Part shown: positions 10,926-20,593 of the stretch, piece after piece
How positions within the stretch are numbered: position 1 is the first letter of the stretch
How the letters are laid out: each line of letters starts with the position of its first letter
NCBI GenBank assembly: GCA_031425615.1
Contig: JANPJR010000030.1
Span: 274,492-330,389 of the forward strand
Origin: Cytophagales bacterium
Lineage (GTDB): Bacteria > Bacteroidota > Bacteroidia > Cytophagales > Microscillaceae
Direction: 5' to 3'
Length of the DNA: 55,898 nucleotides
The notes under the pieces: generated by a model
What the model was told of the DNA's origin: nothing
Databases searched by the model: none
Seen by the model: only the letters and a program-made list of their open reading frames with translations
Program-made: the position numbers and the translations under genes

Positions 10926-11132
10926 TTATTTAATGTCAAATAATTTATCAAAGTATTATAAAATTTGTTTTAATCTACCCAATTTGCTTCGTTAATTTTT
11001 TTTTTAGATGTTTTTTTCTTAGATTTAAGCACACGGATAACGAAGATTTTACGGATTGAAACGTATTTTTAGACAACAAAACGAATTTAGAATTATTTTA
11101 TTAAAACGTAAAAAAATTAATTCTTAATTCTT

Positions 11133-11537
11133 TTAAGATATTTCCTCGCAAGGTATCATTTCAAATTTGAGGGTAGAAAAAGAATGAAAATCCTCACCCA
11201 AGTCTTTCATATCCTCGTCTTCTGTTTCATAAAACCATTGCACAATGATTTCTTGCTCAGGTGTTGCAGTATTTTCAATAAGTTTAATGATTTTGCCAAT
11301 CATACCTGATGTACTGGTATTGACATAAATCAATTTGAGTGCAAGGACTACTTTTTCGGGGTGTTGTTCCTTTAAAAACTGTTCAATATGTTCCAACAAA
11401 GGATTATAAAAATCTTCTGTATCTTCAGGGATTGACACGCCTTTTATTTCAAAAATGCCATTTTCAACCTTAAAAGTTACCTCTGGTGTGGTAGGTGTTT
11501 CTTTTATAAATAAATCTTCCATAAATAAAGGGTTCAA
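11133..11537 (-). CDS. DUF1987 (SiaC-like) protein, copy 1
   Basis: About 130 aa. ...TPEVTFKVENGIFEIKGVSIPEDTEDFYNPLLEHIEQF...LIYVNTSTSGMIGKIIKLIE...IVQWFYETEDEDM is the SiaC/DUF1987 pattern. The start may be the second Met, MEDLF. Confidence 0.75.
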   Translation of the reverse strand: MNPLFMEDLFIKETPTTPEVTFKVENGIFEIKGVSIPEDTEDFYNPLLEHIEQFLKEQHPEKVVLALKLIYVNTSTSGMIGKIIKLIENTATPEQEIIVQWFYETEDEDMKDLGEDFHSFSTLKFEMIPCEEIS

Positions 11538-11627
11538 AAGTTCAAAGGTTTAATAGTTCAAGGGGTTCAAAGAGATTCAAAAGTTTAAAGAATAATACTT
11601 TTCATTGAACCTTAAACCCTTTAATCT
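11529..11627. repeat. GTTCAAAGG-type degenerate tandem array with an internal inverted half
   Basis: ggttcaaaagttcaaaggtttaatagttcaaggggttcaaagagattcaaaagtttaaag ... ttcattgaaccttaaaccctttaatctttcatt, lying between the PP2C stop and the DUF1987 start. Confidence 0.7.
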
Positions 11628-11631
11628 TTCA

Positions 11632-13662
11632 TTATGTTAGTTTAAATCCAGCAACCAAAATATCGTCCATTTGTCTATTTGTTCCCATCCAATCTATAAG
11701 TGTTTTATTTAGGATTTTTCGTTGTTCAGTCATAGGTTCTTGATGATGCTCAAAAAGCAATTCTTCAAGTCTATTTTTTGAAAATTTACGCCCTCTTTGC
11801 CCACCAAATTGGTCTTGGAAACCGTCAGAATATACATAGATAGAAAGTGGATTTTCAGGGTTATAATTGAATACATGTGAAGTAAAAACCCTTTCCCTAT
11901 CTTTCTGAAAACCTCCCACAGGCAATTTACTTGATTCTATCACTTGCATTTGTCCATCTTGTATCAATAAAAGTGGTCTGCCTGCCCCTGCAAACTCCAA
12001 TCGTTTTTTGCGTGGGTCAATAATACACAATGCAACGTCCATGCCATCTTGATTTTGGGTTTCTTGTTGGTTAAGCGCAATGCCTATGCTATTGTGCAAT
12101 TCTTCCAAAATCCAGCTTGGGTCTGTAATACCTTGTAAGTTGATAATTTGGTTTAGATAAGAATCTCCCAACATGGACATAATAGCACCAGGCACACCAT
12201 GTCCTGTACAGTCTAACGCAGCAAAAATAACTTTGCCATTTTTTTCTGAAAACCAATAAAAATCACCTGAAACAATATCTCTTGGGCGAAATAATATAAA
12301 ATTTTCGGGGAAACCCGCAGAAATTTCCAAAGCTGTAGGGAGCATTGACTCCTGAATACGTTTGGCATACGTAATACTCGCGGTAATGTCTTTATTTTTG
12401 CGTTCTATTTCTTTAAAAGTAGCTTCCAGCGTTTCATTTTTCCGATTGATTGCTTCATTTTGGATTTCAATTTTACCTTTTTGGTCTTCCAATTCTTTAT
12501 TTTTTGCTTCAATTTCTATTTTTCTTGTTTCCAAAATTTCCTTTTGTGTAGTAAGTTCTTTAGAAGTTTTTTCTATTTCTTCTTTTTGACTTTGCAAAAT
12601 TTTATTTGTTCTTTTGCTTTGTATATTGCTTCTATACAAGAAAAATACTACCACAAGCACCAACAATACAACAGCAAAAAGGAGGTAAATCCACAGTGTT
12701 TGCCTGTGTGATTCCGCTTCAGCTAATTCTCTTTTTTTGCGTTCCAATTCTGCAAGTGCATTACTTTCTTCCAATCTACCTTGTGTAGCATCTTGCAAAT
12801 CTTTATAATACGTTTCTCTAATGCCCGCATATTGTGTATAAAATTCGTAGGCTTGTTTGTAGTTGGATTGTGTAACTGCTACTTGTGCAAGTCCTTGATA
12901 AGCACGTTGCAAATCTGCATTATCGCCACTGCGTTGTGCCATATACAGTAATTGGCGAAATGAACGAGAAGATTCAGGAATATTATCTTGTTGAAAAAAA
13001 GTTTCGCCTAATCTATGTAAATTATTCGCAATAAGTTTTCTATCCAACAATGAATCTGCCATTACAAGTGCTTTTTGATGATATTGAATGGCTTTATCAA
13101 ATTCTAATTTTTTGGAAAAAACAGTCCCAAGATTTGTCAAAGTAGTTGCAATGCCCTGTTTATCTTTCACATTTTGGTAAATTGAAAGCGCTTTTTCCAA
13201 ATAATTGAGGGCTTTGTCGTTCTCGTTCAATAAGGCATAACAACTGCCTAATCGGTTGTAACTCTCTGCTATTTTTGTATTATTTTTAGTATTTTCTTTG
13301 AGTGCTAAGGCTTTGAGGTAAAATTCTACTGCTTTCGTATAATCCCCTTGTATTTGATAAATATTACCTATTTTGTCTGCACTTGCAATAATACCTTGTA
13401 CATATTTTATTTTTTCGGAAATATGTAAGGCTTCTTCTGCGTATTTTCGGATTTTAGCTGGGCTTTCTTTTGTATTTTGGTATTCATCATACAAATTATT
13501 CAAAATTCGCACCCTTGTAGTGTCATTACGCGTCATTTTGAGCGTACTTTCAAGTTTTTCTATACGTGGATTAGGTTGTGCATAGCTTTTTGGGATAATA
13601 TTAAAGCATATTACCGCCATCAAAAAACCCAAAAAGCATCTTTTTTTATTCATAAGGGACAC
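11632..13662 (-). CDS. PP2C/SpoIIE-family Ser/Thr phosphatase with periplasmic TPR sensor, single TM helix and coiled-coil (SiaA-like)
   Basis: Signal peptide, about 280 aa of TPR repeats, TM LWIYLLFAVVLLVLVVVFFLY, heptad coiled-coil, then SpoIIE/PP2C core ...FRPRDIVSGDFYWFSEK...ALDCTGHGVPGAIMSML...YVYSDGFQDQFGG. Confidence 0.85.
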   Translation of the reverse strand: MSLMNKKRCFLGFLMAVICFNIIPKSYAQPNPRIEKLESTLKMTRNDTTRVRILNNLYDEYQNTKESPAKIRKYAEEALHISEKIKYVQGIIASADKIGNIYQIQGDYTKAVEFYLKALALKENTKNNTKIAESYNRLGSCYALLNENDKALNYLEKALSIYQNVKDKQGIATTLTNLGTVFSKKLEFDKAIQYHQKALVMADSLLDRKLIANNLHRLGETFFQQDNIPESSRSFRQLLYMAQRSGDNADLQRAYQGLAQVAVTQSNYKQAYEFYTQYAGIRETYYKDLQDATQGRLEESNALAELERKKRELAEAESHRQTLWIYLLFAVVLLVLVVVFFLYRSNIQSKRTNKILQSQKEEIEKTSKELTTQKEILETRKIEIEAKNKELEDQKGKIEIQNEAINRKNETLEATFKEIERKNKDITASITYAKRIQESMLPTALEISAGFPENFILFRPRDIVSGDFYWFSEKNGKVIFAALDCTGHGVPGAIMSMLGDSYLNQIINLQGITDPSWILEELHNSIGIALNQQETQNQDGMDVALCIIDPRKKRLEFAGAGRPLLLIQDGQMQVIESSKLPVGGFQKDRERVFTSHVFNYNPENPLSIYVYSDGFQDQFGGQRGRKFSKNRLEELLFEHHQEPMTEQRKILNKTLIDWMGTNRQMDDILVAGFKLT

Positions 13663-13785
13663 AGAAAAGCTTATTAGTCTATAAACATTAGCCTATAAAA
13701 TTATTTGTTGTTTTTAGTTGTTAATTATTTATTTAAAAAAAATAAAAACCTGACAACTAAAAAACTAACAATTGATACCTAAAAT

Positions 13786-14181
13786 TTAGTTTTCAGGTTC
13801 AAAAGAAAACATATTGATTTTCAAGCCTGTATCTTTCATATAATCTTCTGCTTCTTCTGCGATGCTGTCATCATCTTCAGGGTAATACCAATTTACAATA
13901 ACTTGTCCGCTTTCGTCTTCGTATTTTTTCAATACACGCAAAATATTGAGGATACTACGTGAAGAACTTGTATTAAAATATGTGAGCCTAAAATTGAATG
14001 TAAGCCCTTTTTTAATTTCACTGATGTATTTTTCCAACCAACCAATGATTTGGTTATAAAATTCGTCTGTATCTTCCAAGTATGATTCGCCTGATATTTC
14101 ACACACACCATTACCTGCATTAAGCATAACTTCGGGAATGAAATACACATCACTTTTCCCTGAAATTTCTAAATTTTCCAT
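13786..14181 (-). CDS. DUF1987 (SiaC-like) protein, copy 2
   Basis: MENLEISGKSDVYFIPEVMLNAGNGVCEISGESYLEDTDEFYNQIIGWLEKY...LTFNFRLTYFNTSSSRSILNIL...VIVNWYYPEDDD. Confidence 0.8.
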   Translation of the reverse strand: MENLEISGKSDVYFIPEVMLNAGNGVCEISGESYLEDTDEFYNQIIGWLEKYISEIKKGLTFNFRLTYFNTSSSRSILNILRVLKKYEDESGQVIVNWYYPEDDDSIAEEAEDYMKDTGLKINMFSFEPEN

Positions 14182-14322
14182 AGTATTTACAATTTTATAA
14201 TAAAAGGTTTTATAAAAATTTTATAATTGTGCGCAATTTTTGTGAAAAACTGTATTTGAAAATGTAGTTTTGTGATACATTTTTTACGTTGTTTTTTTTA
14301 TTAATTTTTAAAAATTATTTTT

Positions 14323-14892
14323 TTAAGTTGTTTCTTCTTCTTCTGGAAATTTGGCTACTGTTACAAATATGGCATAAAAAGCCATATCTCCCACAAGTTC
14401 TTTTATTTTGATTTCAAGTTTGTTGTCTGCAGTAAGTGCTACCTGCACAAGACCAATACCCGCTCCTTTACTTTCTTCGTTTTGTGGGTCATTGCGTAAC
14501 TTACGTTTGTATTCACGCAGGGCTTCACGGTCTAAAGTGCTGATAGTTTCATATTTTTCCAATAATTTTTGAACAGCAGTTTTATACACAAGATTTCCTG
14601 TGATGAGTTTGTATTCTGTTTCATTTTGAATGATTACAAGCGTGCCTACTTTGTCCCTATTACCAAAATGATTAATTTCTTTGGAATAATACAATACGTT
14701 TTGGGCTAACTCCATAAAAATGGCAAACACTTTTTTGCCTACTTTTGAGTTTTCTTCTTGTAATTTTTGGCGAATATCCCTACTAAACTCCGCCAAAAGA
14801 ACATCTGTAAGCGGACCTTTATAAGACAAAATAATATTCTCTTGGCTTATTTGGCTGTGATATTCAAAAAAATTAAAACCCTTTAAATTCAT
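14323..14892 (-). CDS. SiaB-like GHKL/anti-sigma-factor-type Ser/Thr kinase-like protein
   Basis: 189 aa. N-box-like FMELAQNVLYYSKE and G2-box-like SKGAGIGLVQVAL. It is the first gene of the DUF1987/PP2C operon and is homologous to the N-terminal half of the 24770-25774 fusion. Confidence 0.6.
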   Translation of the reverse strand: MNLKGFNFFEYHSQISQENIILSYKGPLTDVLLAEFSRDIRQKLQEENSKVGKKVFAIFMELAQNVLYYSKEINHFGNRDKVGTLVIIQNETEYKLITGNLVYKTAVQKLLEKYETISTLDREALREYKRKLRNDPQNEESKGAGIGLVQVALTADNKLEIKIKELVGDMAFYAIFVTVAKFPEEEETT

Positions 14893-15462
14893 ATAATTTT
14901 GCTAAAAAGTTGCTTCAAAGATAAGTAAAAACAATGAAATACAAATACGTTAATTGATATTTTTAATTTTACACGCTTAATTTTATACTTATTTCGTGTT
15001 TATTTTATTTGTAAAGCGTGTTTTATGGATTATGTTTTATAATTTTTGGTATTTTAAAACCTTAAAAATGGTAATAAGTGCAATAAAGTAAATTTTTGGC
15101 TAAAAATAAATATTTTTTTTTATTTTAAAAAACATCAAAACAAAAAAAATGTAAAAAAGAATGTAAAAGATGCTATTTTTTGTGAAAATATTTGTTTTTT
15201 TTGTTAGTTTTCAAGCTATTACACTGCTAAATCTAATAAACCACAAAAAAAAACGCCTGACAAAATCAAGCGTCTTTTTAACCTATTTATTTATTTTTTG
15301 CATGTTCTTTTTTTCTATCTATCTTTTTTTCTACTCGTCTTTTTTTTATCTATCTATGTTTATCTTTTCTGTCTTGCATGTTTAGTGTGTTGTTTAGGAC
15401 AACAAGCCATCAAATAACATTTTTTTACCTTTTACCCAATCAAAATAAATTGATTTTAGATT

Positions 15463-15834
15463 TTACCATTTATATTTCTGCAAAAGCAAAGTAAAACGGT
15501 CTTGCACACGGTATTTTTCATACGCTGGCTCATCTATTTGTTCCCAAACAGGAAAACCATATTGCATAGCAAGTTCAAGGTTTTTGTAAAAATCTTCGTC
15601 TTCGTCCTGCATAGCATACGCTTCCGCCAATACAAGATAAGCACGTGAATTATTTTGGTTGAGTTTCAACGCTCTTTCACCATATTGTATTGCGAGATTT
15701 TTGAATGAACCACTCATAAAGCAAATATTTTTAGTTGGTGTAAAAAATGTATGTAACTGTGTTTTGGTGTTTGATGATGCAAAGATATGTATAATGTAAA
15801 AATTTTCAAATTTTTTGTTACTGTCTTTATGCAA
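15463..15834 (-). CDS. hypothetical small TPR-like protein (true start probably the internal Met at complement 15717)
   Basis: ALKLNQNNSRAYLVLAEAYAMQDEDEDFYKNLELAMQYG looks like a single TPR-like helix pair; no other motif. Confidence 0.3.
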   Translation of the reverse strand: MHKDSNKKFENFYIIHIFASSNTKTQLHTFFTPTKNICFMSGSFKNLAIQYGERALKLNQNNSRAYLVLAEAYAMQDEDEDFYKNLELAMQYGFPVWEQIDEPAYEKYRVQDRFTLLLQKYKW

Positions 15835-16256
15835 TATTTAATGTATTTTTTGTAGTATTTTGTAGTATTTTTATGAAAAATTATTTTTTTACTATTTTAT
15901 AAATAATAAAAAATATCCTTAAATCAAATGTAAAACCATTTTTAAAAATTAAATCTACAAAAACATAAGATAATAACTTATTGTACTTTTTTATTTATTT
16001 TTCAACTAATTTATAAAATAATACGCTTTTTTTTGATGACGACTGTTTTGGTAAAACATGAAAACGTGTAAATAATTGCATTTTTTTTGTGAAAAATATA
16101 AAAAAAGCAATTATTTAGCCTCCTAAAAACCAAAAGGGGAATAAATACTTTTTTTTTGTATTTATACCCCCTTTGACGTAAAAAAACACTATTTAGTTGC
16201 GTAAAATCTGTAAAATACGCCATTTTAACATTTTTTTACATTTTTCAAAAAAACGC

Positions 16257-17798
16257 TTAGTCTTTCCATTTAAGCGTAAATAAATCTGTTCTTCTGTCTT
16301 TCAGATTTCTTACGCTTCCTTGCGTGTGAAGTTCTTTGAGCAAATCCAAATCCACATCAGCCACCAAAATCATTTCTGAATTTGGGGTTGCTTCTGCCAC
16401 AACTGCATTGGTTGGGAAAGCAAAATCAGAAGGCGAAAATACCGCAGATTGGGCATATTGAATGTCCATATTAACCACTTTGGGCAAATTGCCCACACTG
16501 CCTGCGATTGCTACATAACACTCGTTTTCCACAGCTCTTGCCTCAGCACATTTGCGTATGCGTTGGTAGCCATTATTAGAATCAGTAGAAAATGGCACAA
16601 ATAAAATTTGCATACCTTCATCAGCCAACAGGCGTGAAAGTTCAGGAAATTCAACATCATAACACACCAAAACCCCAATTTTACATACATCAGTATCAAA
16701 AATTTTTACTTTGCTTCCTCCCACAATGCCCCAATCATCTACTTCGCTTGGTGTAATGTGTATTTTGTATTGTACTTCATACGTACCGTTACGCCTGCAC
16801 AGATACGACACGTTGTAAAGTTGGTTATTTTCGTATAAAGGAACGCTTCCTGCAATGATATTAATGTTGTAACTCACTGCAAATTCTATAAATTTCTCCA
16901 AAATATCTTCGGTATATTGTGCCAATTTACGAATTGCAACAGGCGCACCATCTTGGTTAAATTTTGCCATGAGAGGCACATTAAACAACTCTGGAAATAA
17001 AATAAAATCCGCATTATAATTGGCAATCGCATTGACATAAAACTCTACATTTTCAAAAAAAGCCTCAATAGAAGGTGCAGTACGCATTTGCCACTGCACA
17101 AGCCCAATCCTTGCAAAAGTTTTGGAACTGCCTATTTTACGTTCTTTTGGGTTGTAATAAATATTGTTCCATTCCAAAAGTGTTGCAAATTTTTTGGATT
17201 CTTTATCACCTTCCAAATAATCTGTAAGTATTTTGATTACACGCAAATCATTACTCAGTTGAAAAGTCAAAACAGGGTCATATATTTCTCTAAGTCTTAC
17301 TTTTTCAATATATTCTTTTGGTTTGAGGGTGCGACTATGTTTTGAATAATTAGGCATACGACCTCCTGCCACGATAGACCTAAGATTGAGATGTTCGCAA
17401 AGTTCTTTGCGAGCATCATACAAACGCCTTCCTATGCGCATACCTCTGTATTCGGGGTCTACACAAATATCTACGCCATATAATACATCACCTTTTGGTG
17501 TGTGTGTGGTAAATTCTTCGTTGCCAGTGGCTTGTGCGTAAGTATGCACATCACCAAGTTTTGGATAATCCACAATAATAGATAATACAAAACCTGCTAT
17601 TTTGCCTCTATCCGATATGCAGATTTGTCCATCAGGAAATATTTGCAACAATTTTTCAAATTGTGCCTGTGTCCAAGCACCGCCTATACCATCACCATAT
17701 ACGTTTTCCATGATGCGCGCAAGTTCCGTATAATCGGAGCTTTGCATAGTGCGTATTTCTAATTCGTGTTCAGTTTCTTGTGCCATAGAAAGGGTCAA
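16257..17798 (-). CDS. bifunctional GNAT N-acetyltransferase / carbon-nitrogen hydrolase (nitrilase superfamily) protein
   Basis: N-terminal GNAT (...GFVLSIIVDY...RGMRIGRRLYDARKE) and C-terminal CN-hydrolase (IGLVQWQM...ILFPELFN...KIGVLVCYDVEFPE...YVAIAGSVG). Confidence 0.85.
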   Translation of the reverse strand: MTLSMAQETEHELEIRTMQSSDYTELARIMENVYGDGIGGAWTQAQFEKLLQIFPDGQICISDRGKIAGFVLSIIVDYPKLGDVHTYAQATGNEEFTTHTPKGDVLYGVDICVDPEYRGMRIGRRLYDARKELCEHLNLRSIVAGGRMPNYSKHSRTLKPKEYIEKVRLREIYDPVLTFQLSNDLRVIKILTDYLEGDKESKKFATLLEWNNIYYNPKERKIGSSKTFARIGLVQWQMRTAPSIEAFFENVEFYVNAIANYNADFILFPELFNVPLMAKFNQDGAPVAIRKLAQYTEDILEKFIEFAVSYNINIIAGSVPLYENNQLYNVSYLCRRNGTYEVQYKIHITPSEVDDWGIVGGSKVKIFDTDVCKIGVLVCYDVEFPELSRLLADEGMQILFVPFSTDSNNGYQRIRKCAEARAVENECYVAIAGSVGNLPKVVNMDIQYAQSAVFSPSDFAFPTNAVVAEATPNSEMILVADVDLDLLKELHTQGSVRNLKDRRTDLFTLKWKD

Positions 17799-17856
17799 AG
17801 TTCAAAAGGGCTTAAAGTTTAAAAGGTTCAAAGTTCAAAAGGTTCAAAGTTTATAA
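17791..17856. repeat. GTTCAAAGG-type tandem array
   Basis: agggtcaaagttcaaaagggcttaaagtttaaaaggttcaaagttcaaaaggttcaaagttt, immediately followed by the aaaaactgacaactgaaaaagc motif. Confidence 0.7.
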
Positions 17857-17893
17857 AAACTGACAACTGAAAAAGCTAATGACTTGTACTAAA

Positions 17894-18544
17894 TTACTGT
17901 ATTTTTGATGCCTTTTCTACTTGTTCGTCTGTGAGTTCAAAAAAACCAACTACCAAGAATATAAACCCAACTAAGACAGGAATAAGCCCCAAACCGAAAA
18001 TAGGAAACGTAAAACCACCAATTAATATCCAAAACGAGCCTGAATTAAATTTAGCAACGCCTGTAACATTTGTAAGGGCTACATACATAAAACGTTGGAA
18101 GAATATGCCCACGAGCGAAACCGCTAATACTGAGATTGCAACGGGAATAAGGGTAGTTTCATACAAGCCAAACATCAGTAATTCCATCATTTTATCTTTG
18201 TCACCTGCGTGGTCTGTTTTAAATTGTTCAAAAAAAACAGCAAATTCTGTTGTGCTGCCATCACCAAATTTTGTAATAATAGCATTGGTAATTTGAAACA
18301 TACCAAAAAGCCCAATAATAGTGTTTATACATTGTGTAATAAAAGATGCAACTGCCCATTTTGATATATCAGGTTGTTGATAAAGCTTGGCAATTCGTAT
18401 TATTGCCATTAAAAACAAAACAGGTGCGACAAAACCAAATATAGTTTGCCCTATTATGCCAAAAAGTGAAAGTAAAAGCGAGCCAAAAATCCCTAAACCA
18501 AAAGGTAAAAGCAAAGCAACACGTGCCATGAGAACAGGTTTCAT
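17894..18544 (-). CDS. hypothetical polytopic membrane protein
   Basis: 216 aa, 5-6 predicted TM helices, no motifs recognised. Confidence 0.4.
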   Translation of the reverse strand: MKPVLMARVALLLPFGLGIFGSLLLSLFGIIGQTIFGFVAPVLFLMAIIRIAKLYQQPDISKWAVASFITQCINTIIGLFGMFQITNAIITKFGDGSTTEFAVFFEQFKTDHAGDKDKMMELLMFGLYETTLIPVAISVLAVSLVGIFFQRFMYVALTNVTGVAKFNSGSFWILIGGFTFPIFGLGLIPVLVGFIFLVVGFFELTDEQVEKASKIQ

Positions 18545-18734
18545 AAAAATTGAGTGTTAAATTAAGAAAAATAATTGATGTTTTTATCAATTGGAAAAAT
18601 TGCTTTTAGATTTTCTAAAACATATCTTTTCTTTTATTTGTTTACATAAAATAAAAACAATCTAAAAAACAGCACAAAAATAAACATAAAAATACAGATA
18701 TTTTAATATTCATCATTTTAATTTCATTTCATTC

Positions 18735-20369
18735 TTGCAACAATTTATAGAATTTGGACATTTTTTTGACCGCCAAACAAGGCAATATTTGGTGGATTAC
18801 CTCGTCCAAAAAACAAACCCTACGCATACATTGTCTCAAATGCCTTTTAGTTTTCAAAAAAGGTTAATGCACTTATTGGAGGCATTAGATAAAATTTTTG
18901 AGGAAAAAAATGTGAAAGAAATTACACAAAATAACCCACAACTCGCCCAAGAAATCATAGAAGATACGCTCAAATGGCTTAGAAAAACGTATGAAAAAAC
19001 TGACCAAGAAAATCCACACGCAGAAGAACGCAAGGAATTGGACAGGTGGCAACACAAACCAAATTTTGCATGGGCAGAATCTTGGGATATTTTGGTTAAT
19101 TTTCTCAAAAATATCTATCAAATTGATGAAATTGATACAAGATTTTATGAACAAAAATTTAATGATTTAACCAAAGAACTTACCCAAAAAATTGATTTTA
19201 AGCATCTAAAAGAAAGCCCATTAGAAAATATCAAGCCTTATGTACATCTTTTTGAGCCTTTGGATATGCTCATAGAAGATTTATTAGGTATTTGGGAAAA
19301 TCTGCTTACTGCTAAAAGTTTGGCGTATGAACTCGCTAAAATAGACAAAAGTAGGGAAGAATTTTGTGCATTGTTGTACGCAAAAGTAGATGAATTTGTA
19401 AAACTTTTGTCCATTATTACGCCTTTCCAGAGCGAAGTAGGTAGGTTTTGGGACATGAGTAGAGGACTTTGGCAAGCAAAAAGTTTTGATATTTTGGAAA
19501 AATATGCACAACTTTTGCAAAAAAAAGACGAAATTCAACGCCTTGCGGACATGCTTGGGCAAATGCGAAAAGCAGAGATAGAAACTAAAGAAGAAATTTT
19601 TGAAAATATTATTTCGCACAAAAGATGGGTTACTGAGCCTTATCCACCTGCAGAAATGTCAGGTGTGCAACATAGTGACAGGCTTGCTGATATATTGCCC
19701 ATAGAAATTGCATTATTGAACAATGAAATCACGGAAAGTGTTTTTTTGAAAAAATATGCAGAAAAACAATTACAAACTTGGGATTATCAAAATAAAATCC
19801 TTATAAATGACAAAAAAACCGAATATTTCACACAACAACGCCAAAAACGCAAAGAAAAAGGGGCATTTATTTTGTGTGTAGATACAAGCGGTTCTATGGA
19901 AGGCTTGCCTGAAGAAGTTGCCAAAGTATTGGCATTTGCGATAATAAAAATGGCTTCACAAGATAATAGAAAGTGTTTTTTGATTTCTTTTTCGATAGGC
20001 ATTCATACCATTAATTTATTGGATTTGGCACATTCATTAGAAGAAGTTGTCAAGTTTTTGCTCATGTCTTTTCATGGCGGCACTGACCTTATGCCTGCTA
20101 TGATTGCGAGTATTAATATGCTCCATACAAACGATTATAAAGATGCTGATGTGTTGGTGGTTTCGGATTTTGTAATGTTTGAACTTAGAGAAGAAATCCA
20201 AAAAAAAATGCGTCAAGAACAACGTAAAGGCACAATGTTCCACAGTTTGACGATTTCTACGCAAGCAAACCCAAGCATTTTACAAGCATTTGATTATCAA
20301 TGGTATTATAATCCACACGACCAAAACCTTATTCAAACGCTTGCAAAGGATTTGAGAGAGATTTTTTAG
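18735..20369 (+). CDS. von Willebrand factor type A (VWA) domain protein with about 350-aa uncharacterised N-terminal domain
   Basis: C-terminal AFILCVDTSGSMEGLPEEVAKVLAFAII...GGTDLMPAM...DADVLVVSDF is a MIDAS-type VWA domain (DxSxS ... T ... D). Confidence 0.7.
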   Translation: MQQFIEFGHFFDRQTRQYLVDYLVQKTNPTHTLSQMPFSFQKRLMHLLEALDKIFEEKNVKEITQNNPQLAQEIIEDTLKWLRKTYEKTDQENPHAEERKELDRWQHKPNFAWAESWDILVNFLKNIYQIDEIDTRFYEQKFNDLTKELTQKIDFKHLKESPLENIKPYVHLFEPLDMLIEDLLGIWENLLTAKSLAYELAKIDKSREEFCALLYAKVDEFVKLLSIITPFQSEVGRFWDMSRGLWQAKSFDILEKYAQLLQKKDEIQRLADMLGQMRKAEIETKEEIFENIISHKRWVTEPYPPAEMSGVQHSDRLADILPIEIALLNNEITESVFLKKYAEKQLQTWDYQNKILINDKKTEYFTQQRQKRKEKGAFILCVDTSGSMEGLPEEVAKVLAFAIIKMASQDNRKCFLISFSIGIHTINLLDLAHSLEEVVKFLLMSFHGGTDLMPAMIASINMLHTNDYKDADVLVVSDFVMFELREEIQKKMRQEQRKGTMFHSLTISTQANPSILQAFDYQWYYNPHDQNLIQTLAKDLREIF

Positions 20370-20593
20370 TTTTTAAGTAAATTGTGCCACAAATCCACAG
20401 ATGATAAAGTTCTGTTATTTTTCTCACGTTTTTAAACATCAATATTTTTAATTTTGTTAATGGGTTTTATTTTTGTTAATGAAAAAAATAATAATAAAAT
20501 AAACACAAATACAAACATTTTTCGTTTTTTTTGGGAAAAACATTTTTTTCTGTACCTTTGATAAACTTTTTTATACAAAAAAATTAAAAATAC

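Noticed and set aside
11100-11135. TTAATTCTTAATTC motifs, also at 26093, 26265 and 27931, as a possible transposon terminal repeat
   Set aside because: The repeats are very short and AT-only in a roughly 70% AT genome. No transposase gene is nearby. They are mentioned only as a minor observation under the membrane-protein finding.
11529-11627. GGTTCAAA strings that resemble tRNA T-arm (GGTTCGAATCC / GGTTCAAATCC)
   Set aside because: No flanking acceptor or anticodon structure. The motif is reiterated in tandem and followed by AAG or GG rather than ATCC. No tRNA could be folded.
15170-15385. 71-aa plus-strand ORF in the 14892-15463 spacer
   Set aside because: Encoded by homopolymeric T/A and TCTATC low-complexity DNA. 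The product is poly-Phe/Leu. No supporting start context.
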